Positions 53,501-60,006 are shown, counted from the stretch's first letter. The stretch is 64,000 nt of DNA from Candidatus Gastranaerophilaceae bacterium (GCA_045645765.1 JAZRJK010000014.1:10819-74818); one strand, 5' to 3'. The notes: generated from the letters alone by a model not told the origin. Numbers and translations: made by a program.

Positions 53501-53721
53501 TTAAATCTGTTAAATGAATTTATACCGATTTGACCTGAACCAACAGTTGTATTTGTTTGAATATTTGTAATATTCCCATTTGTAAGTACACTTGTATCAG
53601 TAGGTAATGGCCCGCCAACAGAAATATCTGCAGCAAGTGCTGATATCAAAGATTGATTTACTAAAAATGCACAAATTAAACAAGATGCTATAATCTTTTT
53701 CATATATTCTCTTTTCATCAC
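38569..53721 (-). CDS. giant two-partner-secretion exoprotein (TpsA, filamentous haemagglutinin/leukotoxin LktA-like), 5050 aa
   Basis: Signal peptide from MKKII (53703); TPS domain INSFNRFNV...SQING...FANPNGFVIG; thousands of residues of G/A/S/N/T-rich beta-helix repeats. Confidence 0.9.
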   Translation of the reverse strand: MMKREYMKKIIASCLICAFLVNQSLISALAADISVGGPLPTDTSVLTNGNITNIQTNTTVGSGQIGINSFNRFNVNQGDIVNLNLVNGQNKLVNLIFDNSASQINGVVNSYLNGQIGGNVLFANPNGFVIGEHGVFNVGSLTLMTPTEDSMKSLINTSVFSDVKTWNESNIESLIGFTFNDNNYLVNGNAENPIELAAGKIDISGKINSGAGIDLISGSEINLYSGSELNANMKFSEVNGIVTATPNTITQSFSTANYPKNLAMQDGKNIVIVASNTGTTDDVLSAIVNLKGDINANGADVDVKTEVHKPSGTHEAISRVTFNSSSKTNASNINATAVTKLDEMGNVSVSESFIPGVDQVIDLVTSKVTPITEVIIEKDAILSAINDVNLMAITDMTLSSSTIAPILALNYTQIDSKTQAIVKSEANISAKNLEVDALTNLNLNTSTKVTAMLNQGFNAAWEKVFGGSADIGNVGISTTINTIVNKAIIENGVNLEGVSDNISIIATTLSYHTDAAQNGLIPLVDKNRSSLGAIVDIIVTNIDNEAIMLADADITGDLNVQSYYKGNIISYSNAYSGGGNDTMGWKAQKLLRRVKLVDWLIDSTNITDSGVAGAISVAVSNINSNAKIGHVNQGNGDTLSSIKPKIKAGSINLKADLIDDKSSISAISLSEGTESGKGGALAFNLKNLDSKASAYGDFTLSNNVASLIYFTTANNIVTDNIEGGAYYRLKNSHDVITKAEYDKLPEREQKLYEALSKDVEIYKYNFFEGDIAYTTDAAYKTNFSTASGEFYSDSLGNIITKTEYDKLTNKSGYTKLDKVYYAEHKPSALSIKSNTEVLHSLVWYDYVKDFINDCKTYFKNDGKQSAAEVQSKWEGLDDNNVSNYLTTAGVSEETSIMDLLTSDVMMKVAANVDNFGLQYLFNTYAQSASDARSENNSTTSSYTGAIAAQVFNTTSNAVLEDNSSVVSNIIDKNLANITIEAKSNNELWTMATLLNPLTLILDQIWAIGSKNGSGYGAAVTISYSDSQTNAKIGNNVNIVKAAEISDSQIGNILVSSFSDGNYVTASHGSATADATGGSGSISMNIVNGNTEAGIGTSSEETKIQANNVTVKAVKDANYVNPILAITLGDKAYGAALSGIVLLDSVNSFINGTIEAEENVIVKAIYDKLAVNAILNLGLAKDKDSNDTTPDDSTNTPSEPEEPSPDLNAETITTASKWAKFKNWCANFFLNPELPEDIQERTANIENINIDAAQPSVDDSAAMAGIISFTGIANDVKATISDGANVNARNVSVEAKSDDNVYDIGLVLSAKGKTGVGATILADVFNNDVSAVVENASINATNNIIVDAKEDLTIVQASSGIASAKDVAGAGNISSIVQVNKITSAIKNSNINQDADNVSTTQIINLNAENKSKEVKTVGAVSIQNSSETSSEKAKAVGATLDGDVVKNDIKAFIDNSRVKASKELNVKAVNVSDFIVIDVAGAAALQGKAIAGTIAAYVAVNTIETYINNSTINAGTITLDASSDFYELVVNGVVAGGNKTGIGGSIRGDVIYNTINSYIDASTITATSDVTVINKEDVEQIAISVAGAGSSKEGAYSGVISVLANVSNQNNYINNSTVTANSLNLDTDRTMFNVAVTGAIAASLGPENTSIGASSYAVGIGHYVNTYIKNSNITTVKDIILTSNFDEDLYSIVFGGAGGNGISGSGAINTIVNSSNIYTFILDDNNSSDNNTSNDDNSSSDDNSSNDNNSASDDNSSSDGNNSSDETVKAGGQITVKSESDIDFLATTGNVAISTSKSSAGAAINTYVNDADISAGIEGVTVESQKGVDVLAKSTQKQKTVAVGLAGGGETSAEGSISTIVVSQDMDAYIKKSVVKTGKNVSVKTEDSFESKDVVGAVGISTENLAFGASVLTAVLGGENKAFIEDTTFDNYDASNSLENLIVQSTQNDIFKCGTIAGSAGNQAGVGGAVDTIVFNKTISAYLDNTDNIENSKFKNIDVLSIANTDLTVLAGAIGASAEVGAGATISTVVITKHINSLIQEGSSLTSDSIKLNTSANDNITIAAVAGSGAGEIAGSGVVNTTVVNSEMKSGIDKSTISAQNININTNAIANYDDISGAVAGAGVVGVGVTVTTNVIGYDITSFINQSVVKDFNILDVTASANSTYDIYAISGAGGKNAGGAGVVETNVVNNTITAYVLGDITGDKLTVKALDTVNFNGMAGSLAGGATAGVGATISTNSVTSTILAYIGSTDTKSITVDDIMVNSQGIQNFNNLLAMGFGGGQVGVGGSSLANIVDATVKSYIKENSSIESASNLKIEANDSTSITGSVVAGAGAQYVAGGASVGVNKITNTVEAYTENNVNLKLSKSEINATSITNLGTKDNKLYIAAGTAAAGGAATGAVLVNTVENNVNAYIGKKNNIISTGDLTLKAQADTNIYESVGGVAIGGVAGVGASVGVNNIDNTVNTLIGVDSVLNMPSGNLTLEAHSNEIIDATASIVGGGSVALSGGIIHNTIGKVVDNAQENALTGDDATVYETAKTQAENVLIASANELNNADKNYKEYSGTNTESTFSLFTKSENSGSSLGSTARLNTTSAFVDSGAKLNTKDTSLYAKNTNDVDIKVSGNTYGAAVVGVSAGVSNVYTTTNAFISNNVVIDSTGGINISSESVDNQDINVKSASGGIISGSGGLAKINSNKTANTYILSSSILEATSDLLLNALSKGIISSTVDGDSHGGVAVGVSVADAIIKGNTRIDIDDNVDLLSKEGNLTIKTNADEKSTAIADALSGSLLGGVGAEANAQTGKNNTVNIGKNTNILAKLAAKITSVAKNTSIAETDGRAYGVVSAGGTMTNSIIRNTSGVNIADANTNKLISAKLVDISSSVENNVDAQTRAGAGAAVGVSGSGVYTNISSTNDVVVGKNYSINTTDGAYSILANTSNIYKSYNDSSAYGAVGVTAGIIANTVNSAVSAISNADINANGAIEIFATNTVKKDSVSNYDLYGGAGGVVGVGAANLTDNIIMSTIATLDGNKAYALGVFDNGYINVSSQSILNVNEKVDVTAGGAVPVADGNVQVISDVKTKTYIKNKDIKTKDDDIYFLADNDIDIYTKSNVSSYGGIAIADGSSIAENNKAISSVIISSGVNSISGRDTYIQSVCDKNIQAYMYATTHGLIGAVGNSKAVAYNNSISEIIVENNAILKAYDSMNLTALDTTSDLSAARTAKGTTYIVFGIPITIYGEGNETETNNSNALITLNGQLESGLGANRNLVINKDGSYSSNGVNVIGKEQVGEITASDVQSDIDAYELTKNNKLAEIDDYISIENEIIRNAQNSSTEAQTQKAAYESKNQEYTNAINIANNIIENNNTIKETQAEVNVLNSVNEAWENAYSKSNNIVTIDESFGLVLQEYADNNSIDNIQSAWELYSANKSSTNLLALQNSISDMLDLKSTKEDSINNLNSINTTLATTVNAINTQVNCSNNVELVSFITEINEEIVKNNNSISICNDAINASNANVLAARNEIAKADAEKEKITEYYNSIIQELDNQKELAENSSIPVYSLLIDNIIVRSGDTTLTGKVEGNGTITAPGNKFTVDIVNNSSSDIVYKDIQIGRNISGLIHGSNIASTITKNILNSTNEYSISILNTVDANDPTIDLNVKNGFGDMVFNGNIENVNGLVKFINYTGNILSEGSITAKDLKISVPNGSYAQTYSDNTVTVGGSSGNGAIVASGDIDIASKIIDINGLIQSGSEIKSVTIPDFKVIKENGVYYQVIGDSKVAMQKGASDGYYYLNLSGNGQLDSDLEMIKAYFKPSDETNVNNILGDIHLFKAEIQGGNITLTGNIISTSNKGKIVLVNGYGHIDVQNNSNFNLVTSALNADANIAGKLTINDIKFSESDKGGKAFDSLKQEDIENATWLSENTGTYTANVDSQGNIVTSTKGITEGNGTWGSASSITRADGANIDIITYTPGTDAYYVTKAGSTETKSYTEYVKRSWWTELWHGKLYRTVYYTVTHKPEYGVAQNSVNVQFQGFSTPQINVNSNGSIIMNNSISALAGNIGLSSSNGSITTNSINNIISAQNINMSANNDIGSELKPIQTAIYNEGMLNVKAANVYINYPNSEISNIIVDATGNAYLATSGLQFGGLDGEVSINADSLELRADNGSIQLDSTKNDKINIEVNKLKARANGDIALINKGNLNISSIVSTSKGNIALGSKTGSIIATDNETLNPYHINGGNVVIKALNGYVGTSDNVLKVARDGIYNVISNGDINIYSAGRIHADSIQSLNGKVNLDADYGIIAATSSESLIYNIYSATGVDLNTKHGNIENIAINTDGVINAIAGYTDGIASGMSDISISLISKKEISQEYLATLTSDSEREAALNAYTAGLKDMKLGNVKASRNVIVNSEKSILNANNSSSLTGSQIVLSAVNGDVGTVASALKIDALKDVTVFAGNGKNVYLTTDNNLNINEIRSVNTYDSTTEFVNTNSVLGEVVLFAKGNIINSANDDRVNIKANNIVLTSNKDIGTSIKYLNVNTVSNDINKGLSVKAINAYINGQGSDLNIISSEISNNLLLNTEGNTSLAIQDVRVGNQLTAKSASDVNITGTIVANKSLIQAQNTTDINNANIEGIFNNESEALVVNNAELNTLTTSSTTANIANMVVSGDANITTTDKTTIANATVDGNLVNNSKDTEVTNKLTVGGNTSISAIDSIAINDASIYGYLNTIANTLKIDEIMLVGNINANVDNANIYTSEDLNIGNISGNKNAYTTALDIRSEKSIYNGLDTDDYNLYAKDITLKANETIGTLDNPLNIMLTNGNKLSMVSDNLISLSTNGTGANYSNIETKAFAIYTDDDINIKNINVEQAKITTSSNNLSIDNLIVEKSATLTTGNKRVIIDNTSLKPIINADVQLYLTQLPASIKINGDNNIITEAVNVTRHNSNILVNSDNNNNSMNSAINSSSATSIKNTNVSEKTIEKTEALLYKIPTQGTYKTNIEKSYGEGIIKNHVDEYVSPSNIFDVINNSKSKTSKIKYFHKISYDNIKYKKVSSL
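48427..48552. repeat. 7 x 18-bp in-frame tandem repeat inside tpsA
   Basis: Units of ATC(A/G)(C/T)TAGAACTATTGTC-type sequence encode (D/N)DNSS(S/N) hexapeptides. Confidence 0.92.
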
Positions 53722-53894
53722 TTTTTTTATTACAATACTCCACCATTAATTATATCTAATAAAAATTACGAATAGTGTAATGTAACGAAAAATTAAGTTA
53801 TCTTAAAAGAGAGTTGTTACAATTCTTAATTATTTTCTCAAAGGTTTTATTTTTATGATATATCTTACTTAAAGTAATTAATTTAAGTGGAACT

Positions 53895-55721
53895 ATGAAA
53901 AAGAGAATTTTATCAGCTATAATCATTGCAACAGTTGTATTAGGAGCTACTTGTACACCTGAATGTTGCGCAATCGAAGAAATTACACCCCCCTTGACAA
54001 AAAAAGAACTGAGAGAACAACGTAAATTAGAAAAAAAAGCAAAGAAACAAAACAAGAATTTATTCACAGAAGAAATAAATAAAAACATTCTTACACCGAA
54101 CATTTCTCCGGGGTTTATGAATGATACTGAAAAAACCAGACGCTATTATGAATCTTTTGAAGGCGCTCATAGAACAGAAATTGAAAAAGCTGTTGAAGAA
54201 CCTGTAATTGAAGATGAAATATTAAAATTGCCGGCAAGAATTGAAAAAGATGCAATGACTACTAAAATTGAAAAAGTAGAATTTTCTAATTCTGAAATCT
54301 TTACGGAATTAGAATTATATCAGTTTAAGTTGTTATTAGAAGGACAAAATGTAACGGCAGAAGATATCAACAATTTTATAGACATAATTAATTCTCAATA
54401 TGCAAAAAAGAAAATTATAACAGCCAGAGCAATCCTTGAAAGTCTTGAGGCTGGAGTTCTAAAAATAGAACTTATGGAAGCACGTATCGGTTCGATTCAA
54501 GTTGAAGGTAATAAGTTTAATAGGAAGTGGTTTTTAAAAAGACAAATATCATCAAAACCTTCTGATATTTTAAATTTACAAACATTGGAAGAAGATTTAA
54601 GAATATTCAACAAAAATGCAAGAAGTATAAAATTGTCTGCGAAACTGCAACCAGGGGAAGAATATGGAACGACGGATGTAATTTTAAAAGCTGATGAGGA
54701 ATTCCCATATCATTTTTCTGCATCTTGGGATAGTTTTGGTAGAGAAACTACAGGATTGTTGCGTGGTGGATTAATGATGTCTGCTGATTCTTTATTCGGT
54801 TTTCAAGATCGTCTAACAGGTGCGATTAATATGGCTCGCTCATCTTTTAATCCTTTTGTAGATTATAATGTTCCAATTAATAGAAAAGGTACTCGTTTTG
54901 GTGGTAGCTACATGTACGGTAAAAGTAAAGTTACCAGTGGCGATTATAAAGATTTTGATTTAAATGCAAATACTCATGTTTTTAGTACCTACATATCACA
55001 TCCGTTAATTGATACACAAAAAGCACAATTAAAATTGAACACCTCTGCTAATATCAAACTCTCAACTGCTGATATATCAGGTTTTCAATATACCAACTAC
55101 AAAGATTACAATTTGGCCGTTGGTTTGGGTGGAAGATATAATTTTAATAAAAGTGTATTATTTGGTTCTGTTTATTCTACAAATGGTATAATTCAAGATG
55201 ACATTAGGTCATATTCTCAGTATTTTACAAAAGTAAATGCAGACGGTTATTATATTCACTATTTACCAAAAGGTATTATTGCAACAATTAGAACCGGCGG
55301 ACAATATTCTCCATACAATCTTCCTTTCTTGGAACAATATCAAATAGGGGGTATTTCTAGTATAAGAGGTTATTCTGAAAGTTTATTGTTGGGTGGAAAT
55401 TCCTATTTTGCAAGTATTGAAATGTTATTCCCAATTCCATTTTTACCGGAAGAAATAAAAGTTCCGTTCAAAAAAGAAAGCAAATTTAGAATGAGAGACT
55501 CAATTAAACTTGCGACATTCTTTGATAATGGTGCTATCATTCCTAATGATGGTAAAACTGGAACAACAAATTTTCTTGCCAGTGTTGGTGCGGGTTTAAG
55601 AATAGCTGTTTCTAAATTTTTAACTGCGAGAGTTTATGTTGGTGTACCTTTAATGAATGCTGGTATGTATGACCAAGCTAATGCTAGACTACATTTTGAC
55701 CTAATAGCTTCACCATTTTAG
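53895..55721 (+). CDS. TpsB (ShlB/FhaC/HecB) outer-membrane transporter
   Basis: Signal peptide; POTRA domains; IGGISSIRGY motif; terminal FDLIASPF; adjacent to tpsA. Confidence 0.9.
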   Translation: MKKRILSAIIIATVVLGATCTPECCAIEEITPPLTKKELREQRKLEKKAKKQNKNLFTEEINKNILTPNISPGFMNDTEKTRRYYESFEGAHRTEIEKAVEEPVIEDEILKLPARIEKDAMTTKIEKVEFSNSEIFTELELYQFKLLLEGQNVTAEDINNFIDIINSQYAKKKIITARAILESLEAGVLKIELMEARIGSIQVEGNKFNRKWFLKRQISSKPSDILNLQTLEEDLRIFNKNARSIKLSAKLQPGEEYGTTDVILKADEEFPYHFSASWDSFGRETTGLLRGGLMMSADSLFGFQDRLTGAINMARSSFNPFVDYNVPINRKGTRFGGSYMYGKSKVTSGDYKDFDLNANTHVFSTYISHPLIDTQKAQLKLNTSANIKLSTADISGFQYTNYKDYNLAVGLGGRYNFNKSVLFGSVYSTNGIIQDDIRSYSQYFTKVNADGYYIHYLPKGIIATIRTGGQYSPYNLPFLEQYQIGGISSIRGYSESLLLGGNSYFASIEMLFPIPFLPEEIKVPFKKESKFRMRDSIKLATFFDNGAIIPNDGKTGTTNFLASVGAGLRIAVSKFLTARVYVGVPLMNAGMYDQANARLHFDLIASPF

Positions 55722-55727
55722 ATGTTT

Positions 55728-55838
55728 TTATTTAACAAACTCCCAATGGAAACCATAAGCTGTTCGATTTGGATTCTTGCAGGCGAACTTAATCCCTGAA
55801 TCTACTGAATAACTTGTAGTAACACCTTTTTCATGTAG
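55728..55838 (-). pseudogene. NUMOD1-domain C-terminal fragment
   Basis: Manual translation LHEKGVTTSYSVDSGIKFACKNPNRTAYGFHWEFVK*; in-frame TAG upstream and no start; IxxAC...TAYGFxW is the NUMOD1 tail. Confidence 0.6.
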
Positions 55839-56030
55839 CTATGTGTTTGTGAACCCTGAGACAATGAAACCTTATGTGGATATTAAGAAAGCGTGGGCTA
55901 CAGTTCTAAGCTCAGCTAAGATAGATAATTTTAGATTTCACGATTTAAGACACACTGCAATCACTAGGATGGAGGAAAAAGGAATACCTTTACTAGTAGT
56001 TCAAGAAATAGCAGGACATACAAAAATAGA
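55836..56030 (+). pseudogene. tyrosine recombinase catalytic-domain fragment
   Basis: YVFVNP...FRFHDLRHTAITRM...VVQEIAGHTKIE, then similarity breaks before the catalytic Tyr; N-terminus missing. Confidence 0.85.
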
Positions 56031-56191
56031 AAGGTTTTTATTCAAAACAAACATTAAATTGGTTAGAAAAAATATTAAAAGAAAATCCAAATAAACAATT
56101 TTTAATTTTTCAACATTTCCCACTGCTTGAACCAGTAAAAGACTCTGCGTATGTTCATAAGCATAGCACTCGAAAAAAAAGAAATTATGAA

Positions 56192-56323
56192 TTAAATAAA
56201 AGTGAAGATTTTAAGGTTATTGATTCTCCTATCACTATAACCGACGAAAATAATTTCTTCAGTTTTGAAATTGATAAATGTTTGAACATACTCCTTAAAT
56301 TGAAAAATGCTAAACTCTGCCAT
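56192..56323 (-). CDS. 43-aa ORF or frameshifted gene start
   Basis: MAEFSIFQFKEYVQTFINFKTEEIIFVGYSDRRINNLKIFTFI*; SD AAGGAG 8 nt upstream; shared upstream motif at 56357-56391. Confidence 0.35.
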   Translation of the reverse strand: MAEFSIFQFKEYVQTFINFKTEEIIFVGYSDRRINNLKIFTFI

Positions 56324-56553
56324 ATTATTTTCTCCTTTTCCTGTATTTAAACTGATATTTATATAAAAATATTTTACGTAAAAATTTTGTGTACATTTTT
56401 TCTTTTTTTAATAGCATTCAGCCCTATTGGTTATTGTAATTACTTTTGAGCCAATTGTAATGTTTTAAAAATTTTCTTAATCATACTAAGATTCTTAGGT
56501 CTTATTCAATGTCAATTGTTGAATATCTGGATTTTGTCTGATTTGTATTAATA

Positions 56554-57039
56554 TTACCTAAGTAGTTCGCTTTTTATTCTATTATAGTCATATTGTGTAA
56601 TTATATTGTTTTTGTATAAATTTGCATTTTTTCTAAGCTCAATAGCGTTGTCTAAGTCGATAGTATTTATATTTGCTTTTATTTTGTTAAATTCGCTTTG
56701 AGCGATTAAACCGCTTTGATACAGTTCTGAAGTTATTTTAAGAATTTCTGCTGTATTGTTTTGTTTAATTACGACCTCTTGTTTTTTAGCGGGAGTAGTA
56801 TCTTTTTTTGTAACACCGCTTCCTCTGTAAACAGAGAATCCGTTTGTGCATAGTGTTCCGTTTGAATTACACATAATTCCATTTTGTGCATAAATGTCTG
56901 ATCCGTATAACGTATAAAATCCAACGGTACAGACGGTTCTGTTCTGATTACATAAAACACCCCCTGTTGCAGAACTTGGTTGAGCTGAGGATAGAAAAAA
57001 ACATAGACAAAAAATAAAACAGTATAAAAATTTTTTCAT
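56554..57039 (-). CDS. exported protein with Cys repeats and two SHOCT-like motifs
   Basis: Signal peptide; CNQNRTVC and CNSNGTLC repeats; ELYQSGLIAQSEFNKIK and LYKNNIITQYDYNRIKSELL. Confidence 0.75.
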   Translation of the reverse strand: MKKFLYCFIFCLCFFLSSAQPSSATGGVLCNQNRTVCTVGFYTLYGSDIYAQNGIMCNSNGTLCTNGFSVYRGSGVTKKDTTPAKKQEVVIKQNNTAEILKITSELYQSGLIAQSEFNKIKANINTIDLDNAIELRKNANLYKNNIITQYDYNRIKSELLR

Positions 57040-57403
57040 ATAACTCCTTTCCGATTCTTTATTTGCTTATTTGTATTTGGCTGATATTGAGGTATTTATT
57101 AAAATTATTTTTAGCTAACAGAGGTTTTTAGTATCAAATTTATGTTTCTATTATTGAAACGAAATTAAAAAATTTTTGTTCAAAAATTTAATAAAAATAG
57201 CCAAAAATTAAATTATATTTGAGAAACGCCTTTTAGTAACCTTCTTTTATGTAAACAATTCTTAATAATTCCTTTTTTTTAGTATAATTTGTCAAAATAA
57301 ATTGAAAATGCCGGACAAAATATTTTGAAAATTTCAATTTTGCGAAAATTAAGGGGAAGTTTTTCAATTCTTTCTGTCAGACATTTTAAATTGAAATGAT
57401 AAA

Positions 57404-57445
57404 AACTACAAAACTCTCTGATAAATTCAGAAGAGTTTTGTAGTT
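57404..57445 (-). terminator. terminator of the ART-like gene
   Basis: 14-bp perfect outer stem AACTACAAAACTCT/AGAGTTTTGTAGTT plus inner CTGA/TCAG. Confidence 0.7.
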
Positions 57446-57466
57446 GTTTCAAAAGCACTAATTATT

Positions 57467-58036
57467 CTATGTAAAAGACTTTATTTCATTTCCTTTTTTA
57501 AAAATTTCCTTTAACATACTAGTTGCACTTTCGTTTAATTCAGTTGGTGAAACTTCAAAAAAATCCCCAATATTGGATGGAACTTTGGCACTTCCAACAA
57601 ATTCTATCGATGTAGGAGAAATATCACCACTATGTATGTATTCTATCGAATGGCCATTTCGCTGATACAACTTGTATTTATTTGCTTTCGACAAAATCTC
57701 AGCTCCAGGTAAAATAGAATTTTTATCTATACAATATTTTTGACTACGGACAACTACCGATGATGTTAATTTATTTGTAGGGATCCTAAAACAACAAAGT
57801 TCTCTTGCACCATCTTTTAAAGCTTGACCAAATATTAAACAACTATGCAGACCATAACCATCTGACATAGGCTTTGTCCAATTTTTTGCCAAATTCTGGG
57901 CATCCACCATATAAACACTTGCATTTCTCACGCTATCATCCCAAATATTCTCAGAAGCTTTAATTCCTTGTTTTAAAATTTTTTGCATATTCTCTATACT
58001 AGTAAAATGATATAAAAATCTCGGTAAACTTTTCAT
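57467..58036 (-). CDS. ADP-ribosyltransferase-fold protein (cassette 1)
   Basis: LYHFTS..N...IL..GI, VYM, IEYIH.GDISP..I: H-Y-E arrangement. Confidence 0.6.
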   Translation of the reverse strand: MKSLPRFLYHFTSIENMQKILKQGIKASENIWDDSVRNASVYMVDAQNLAKNWTKPMSDGYGLHSCLIFGQALKDGARELCCFRIPTNKLTSSVVVRSQKYCIDKNSILPGAEILSKANKYKLYQRNGHSIEYIHSGDISPTSIEFVGSAKVPSNIGDFFEVSPTELNESATSMLKEIFKKGNEIKSFT

Positions 58037-58064
58037 TGAATTAATATATCCTAAATTTAAATTC

Positions 58065-58340
58065 CCTTATATTTATATAAAGTATTTTTCTCACCAAAAA
58101 TTGACTTTTTTGTTACAAAATATTACTCATTTACCCCCTCTGCAGAGAGCTACGAGCGGTTGGGACGCTGTAGAGAAAGTTAGTGCTAAAGCAAAGTGCT
58201 AACCTTTTTTAATTTTAAGCCCCGCCAACAGTGGGACATACGCCGATTATGAATACACTTTGAGCATATTCCTTAGAAAAATTTTTAATAAAAATACGCC
58301 AATTTTATCAAAAGTCTCAAAAGACTTTTTTGAAAGTGGC
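58065..58340. repeat. leader plus core repeat, copy 1
   Basis: 58065-58177 is identical to 59649-59761 (113 bp); core continues to GAAAGTGGC. Confidence 0.95.
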
Positions 58341-58386
58341 ACGTCTAGTTTTAGTGCATTAAACAATGCTCCCTACTAGCTAAATG

Positions 58387-59628
58387 TTATACATGAGTTC
58401 TATACTCAAACATTTCACCTTTTAATGCTCTTGCGACAAAATCATTATCAATATTTTTCAATTGTTTTTTTGCTGTAGCAATTGATGATAACAATATTTC
58501 TTCATTGACTTCAAAAAGTCCTCTATAAGAATTATTTCCGATTATACCAAGTGAAAGAATATCTGTTGTATTTGTATCTATTTTTATATTTTTGCTTCTA
58601 TTACTAATGATTTCTATTAAATCCTTTTGTATTGGTGTAAATTCATTATCTTTAGATATAATATTTAAGATTGTACGAATAGGACGCCCACTACCATCAA
58701 TTCTACCAGCATCAACAGATATGCCAACAACCTTCCTGCCATCAGATAAAGTTTTTATTAGATAATTTCCAGGCATATCGGGTGATAAAAATTCTGGTTT
58801 TATTGTTTCATCAAAACCTTTTGTCGGTGTCATACGAATTCCTTTGTATAATGTATGATTTTCTGCGTCAATTAATACTCTTCTGTAATCAGTTTCTTTA
58901 GATCTAGAGCAGATTTCAATAAAGGACTTGTCATTGTTGTAATTGTGTTTTTCTAATTGTTTTAATAGATTTTCATAATCTTTTCCAGCATCAAAATTAG
59001 GTTCGTTAGCGGTCATTCTAAAATTATTCTTTGCATCTTCTAAAGTTGTATATTTTTTTATTTTTTCACCTGTTTTATTTTTTAAATGTTCCGCAGTTTT
59101 AGCCGTTTCAATTTTAATTTCTGGCTTTATAGCTTCAGGATTAATAGTTCCTGGGTTTGTACCTCCTGGTTTTGAAAAACCAGGTGTTGTATCATTAGGT
59201 TTAGAATTATTTCCTTTTAGTTTTCCCCATAAATTTTTAACATGTTTGCCTTTACAGAACAAGAAATCAGCGCCAATAGCTAGAGCTGTTGTTGCTCCTA
59301 TTCCAATTGCCCATTTAGCTCCAGTTGACAAGCCTTCTTTTTGAGACTTAGCTTGTATCTGTTCACTAGCTTTAAAATTTACGGTATTGGGTAAATTTTG
59401 TACGTTTAAATTTTGTTGGGGGGTGATTACTGATTGGTTGCTTTGACGAGTATCTATATGCATTGGATACTGATAACCATAGTCTTGACACATATTAACA
59501 TCAAATTGAGGTGTATTAAGTGTTAGGTTATTGTTTAAACATGTTCCAAATACAGGATATTGATAACCATAACCGCCATTTTGATACATATTATACGGAT
59601 AATAGTTCATTTGAGAATAATCGTACAT
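58387..59628 (-). CDS. 413-aa membrane-anchored hypothetical protein (cassette 2)
   Basis: Y/Q/N-rich N-terminus with YGYQYP twice; VNFKA; TM WAIGIGATTALAIGADFLF. Confidence 0.8.
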   Translation of the reverse strand: MYDYSQMNYYPYNMYQNGGYGYQYPVFGTCLNNNLTLNTPQFDVNMCQDYGYQYPMHIDTRQSNQSVITPQQNLNVQNLPNTVNFKASEQIQAKSQKEGLSTGAKWAIGIGATTALAIGADFLFCKGKHVKNLWGKLKGNNSKPNDTTPGFSKPGGTNPGTINPEAIKPEIKIETAKTAEHLKNKTGEKIKKYTTLEDAKNNFRMTANEPNFDAGKDYENLLKQLEKHNYNNDKSFIEICSRSKETDYRRVLIDAENHTLYKGIRMTPTKGFDETIKPEFLSPDMPGNYLIKTLSDGRKVVGISVDAGRIDGSGRPIRTILNIISKDNEFTPIQKDLIEIISNRSKNIKIDTNTTDILSLGIIGNNSYRGLFEVNEEILLSSIATAKKQLKNIDNDFVARALKGEMFEYRTHV

Positions 59629-59648
59629 AATTCAACCTTACCTTTCAA

Positions 59649-59920
59649 CCTTATATTTATATAAAGTATTTTTCTCACCAAAAATTGACTTTTTTGTTAC
59701 AAAATATTACTCATTTACCCCCTCTGCAGAGAGCTACGAGCGGTTGGGACGCTGTAGAGAAGGTTAGTGCTAAAGCAAAGTGCTAAATTTTTTAATTTTA
59801 CCCCCCGCCAACAGCGGGCTTTATGCCAATTACAAATACACTTTGAGCATAATTTTAGAAAAATTTTTAACAAAAATACGCCCATTTTAACAAAATTCTC
59901 AAAAGACTTTTTTGAAAGTG
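59649..59920. repeat. leader plus core repeat, copy 2
   Basis: Direct alignment with the other copies. Confidence 0.95.
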
Positions 59921-60006
59921 ATACATTGTTTTTCAAAGCTTAAACAATATATTCGACCTACTTTTTGAACTTTTTTTATTATAAACCGAGTAACTTATTT
60001 TTGTTT

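Noticed and set aside
53798-54103. 101-aa minus-strand ORF
   Set aside because: Antisense shadow of the tpsB 5' end
57308-57383. TGCCGGACA / TGTCAGACA palindromes as transposon ends or operators
   Set aside because: Too short and only two instances; cannot be distinguished from chance
58145-58240. Resemblance to TnpB omegaRNA or HEARO RNA ends (ACGCTGTAGAGA, AAGCCCCGCC)
   Set aside because: Only short word matches; no tnpA, tnpB or iscB in the window; needs a covariance-model search
59715-59936. 73-aa ORF inside repeat copy 2
   Set aside because: It lies wholly within the repeat and its frame is not kept in other copies
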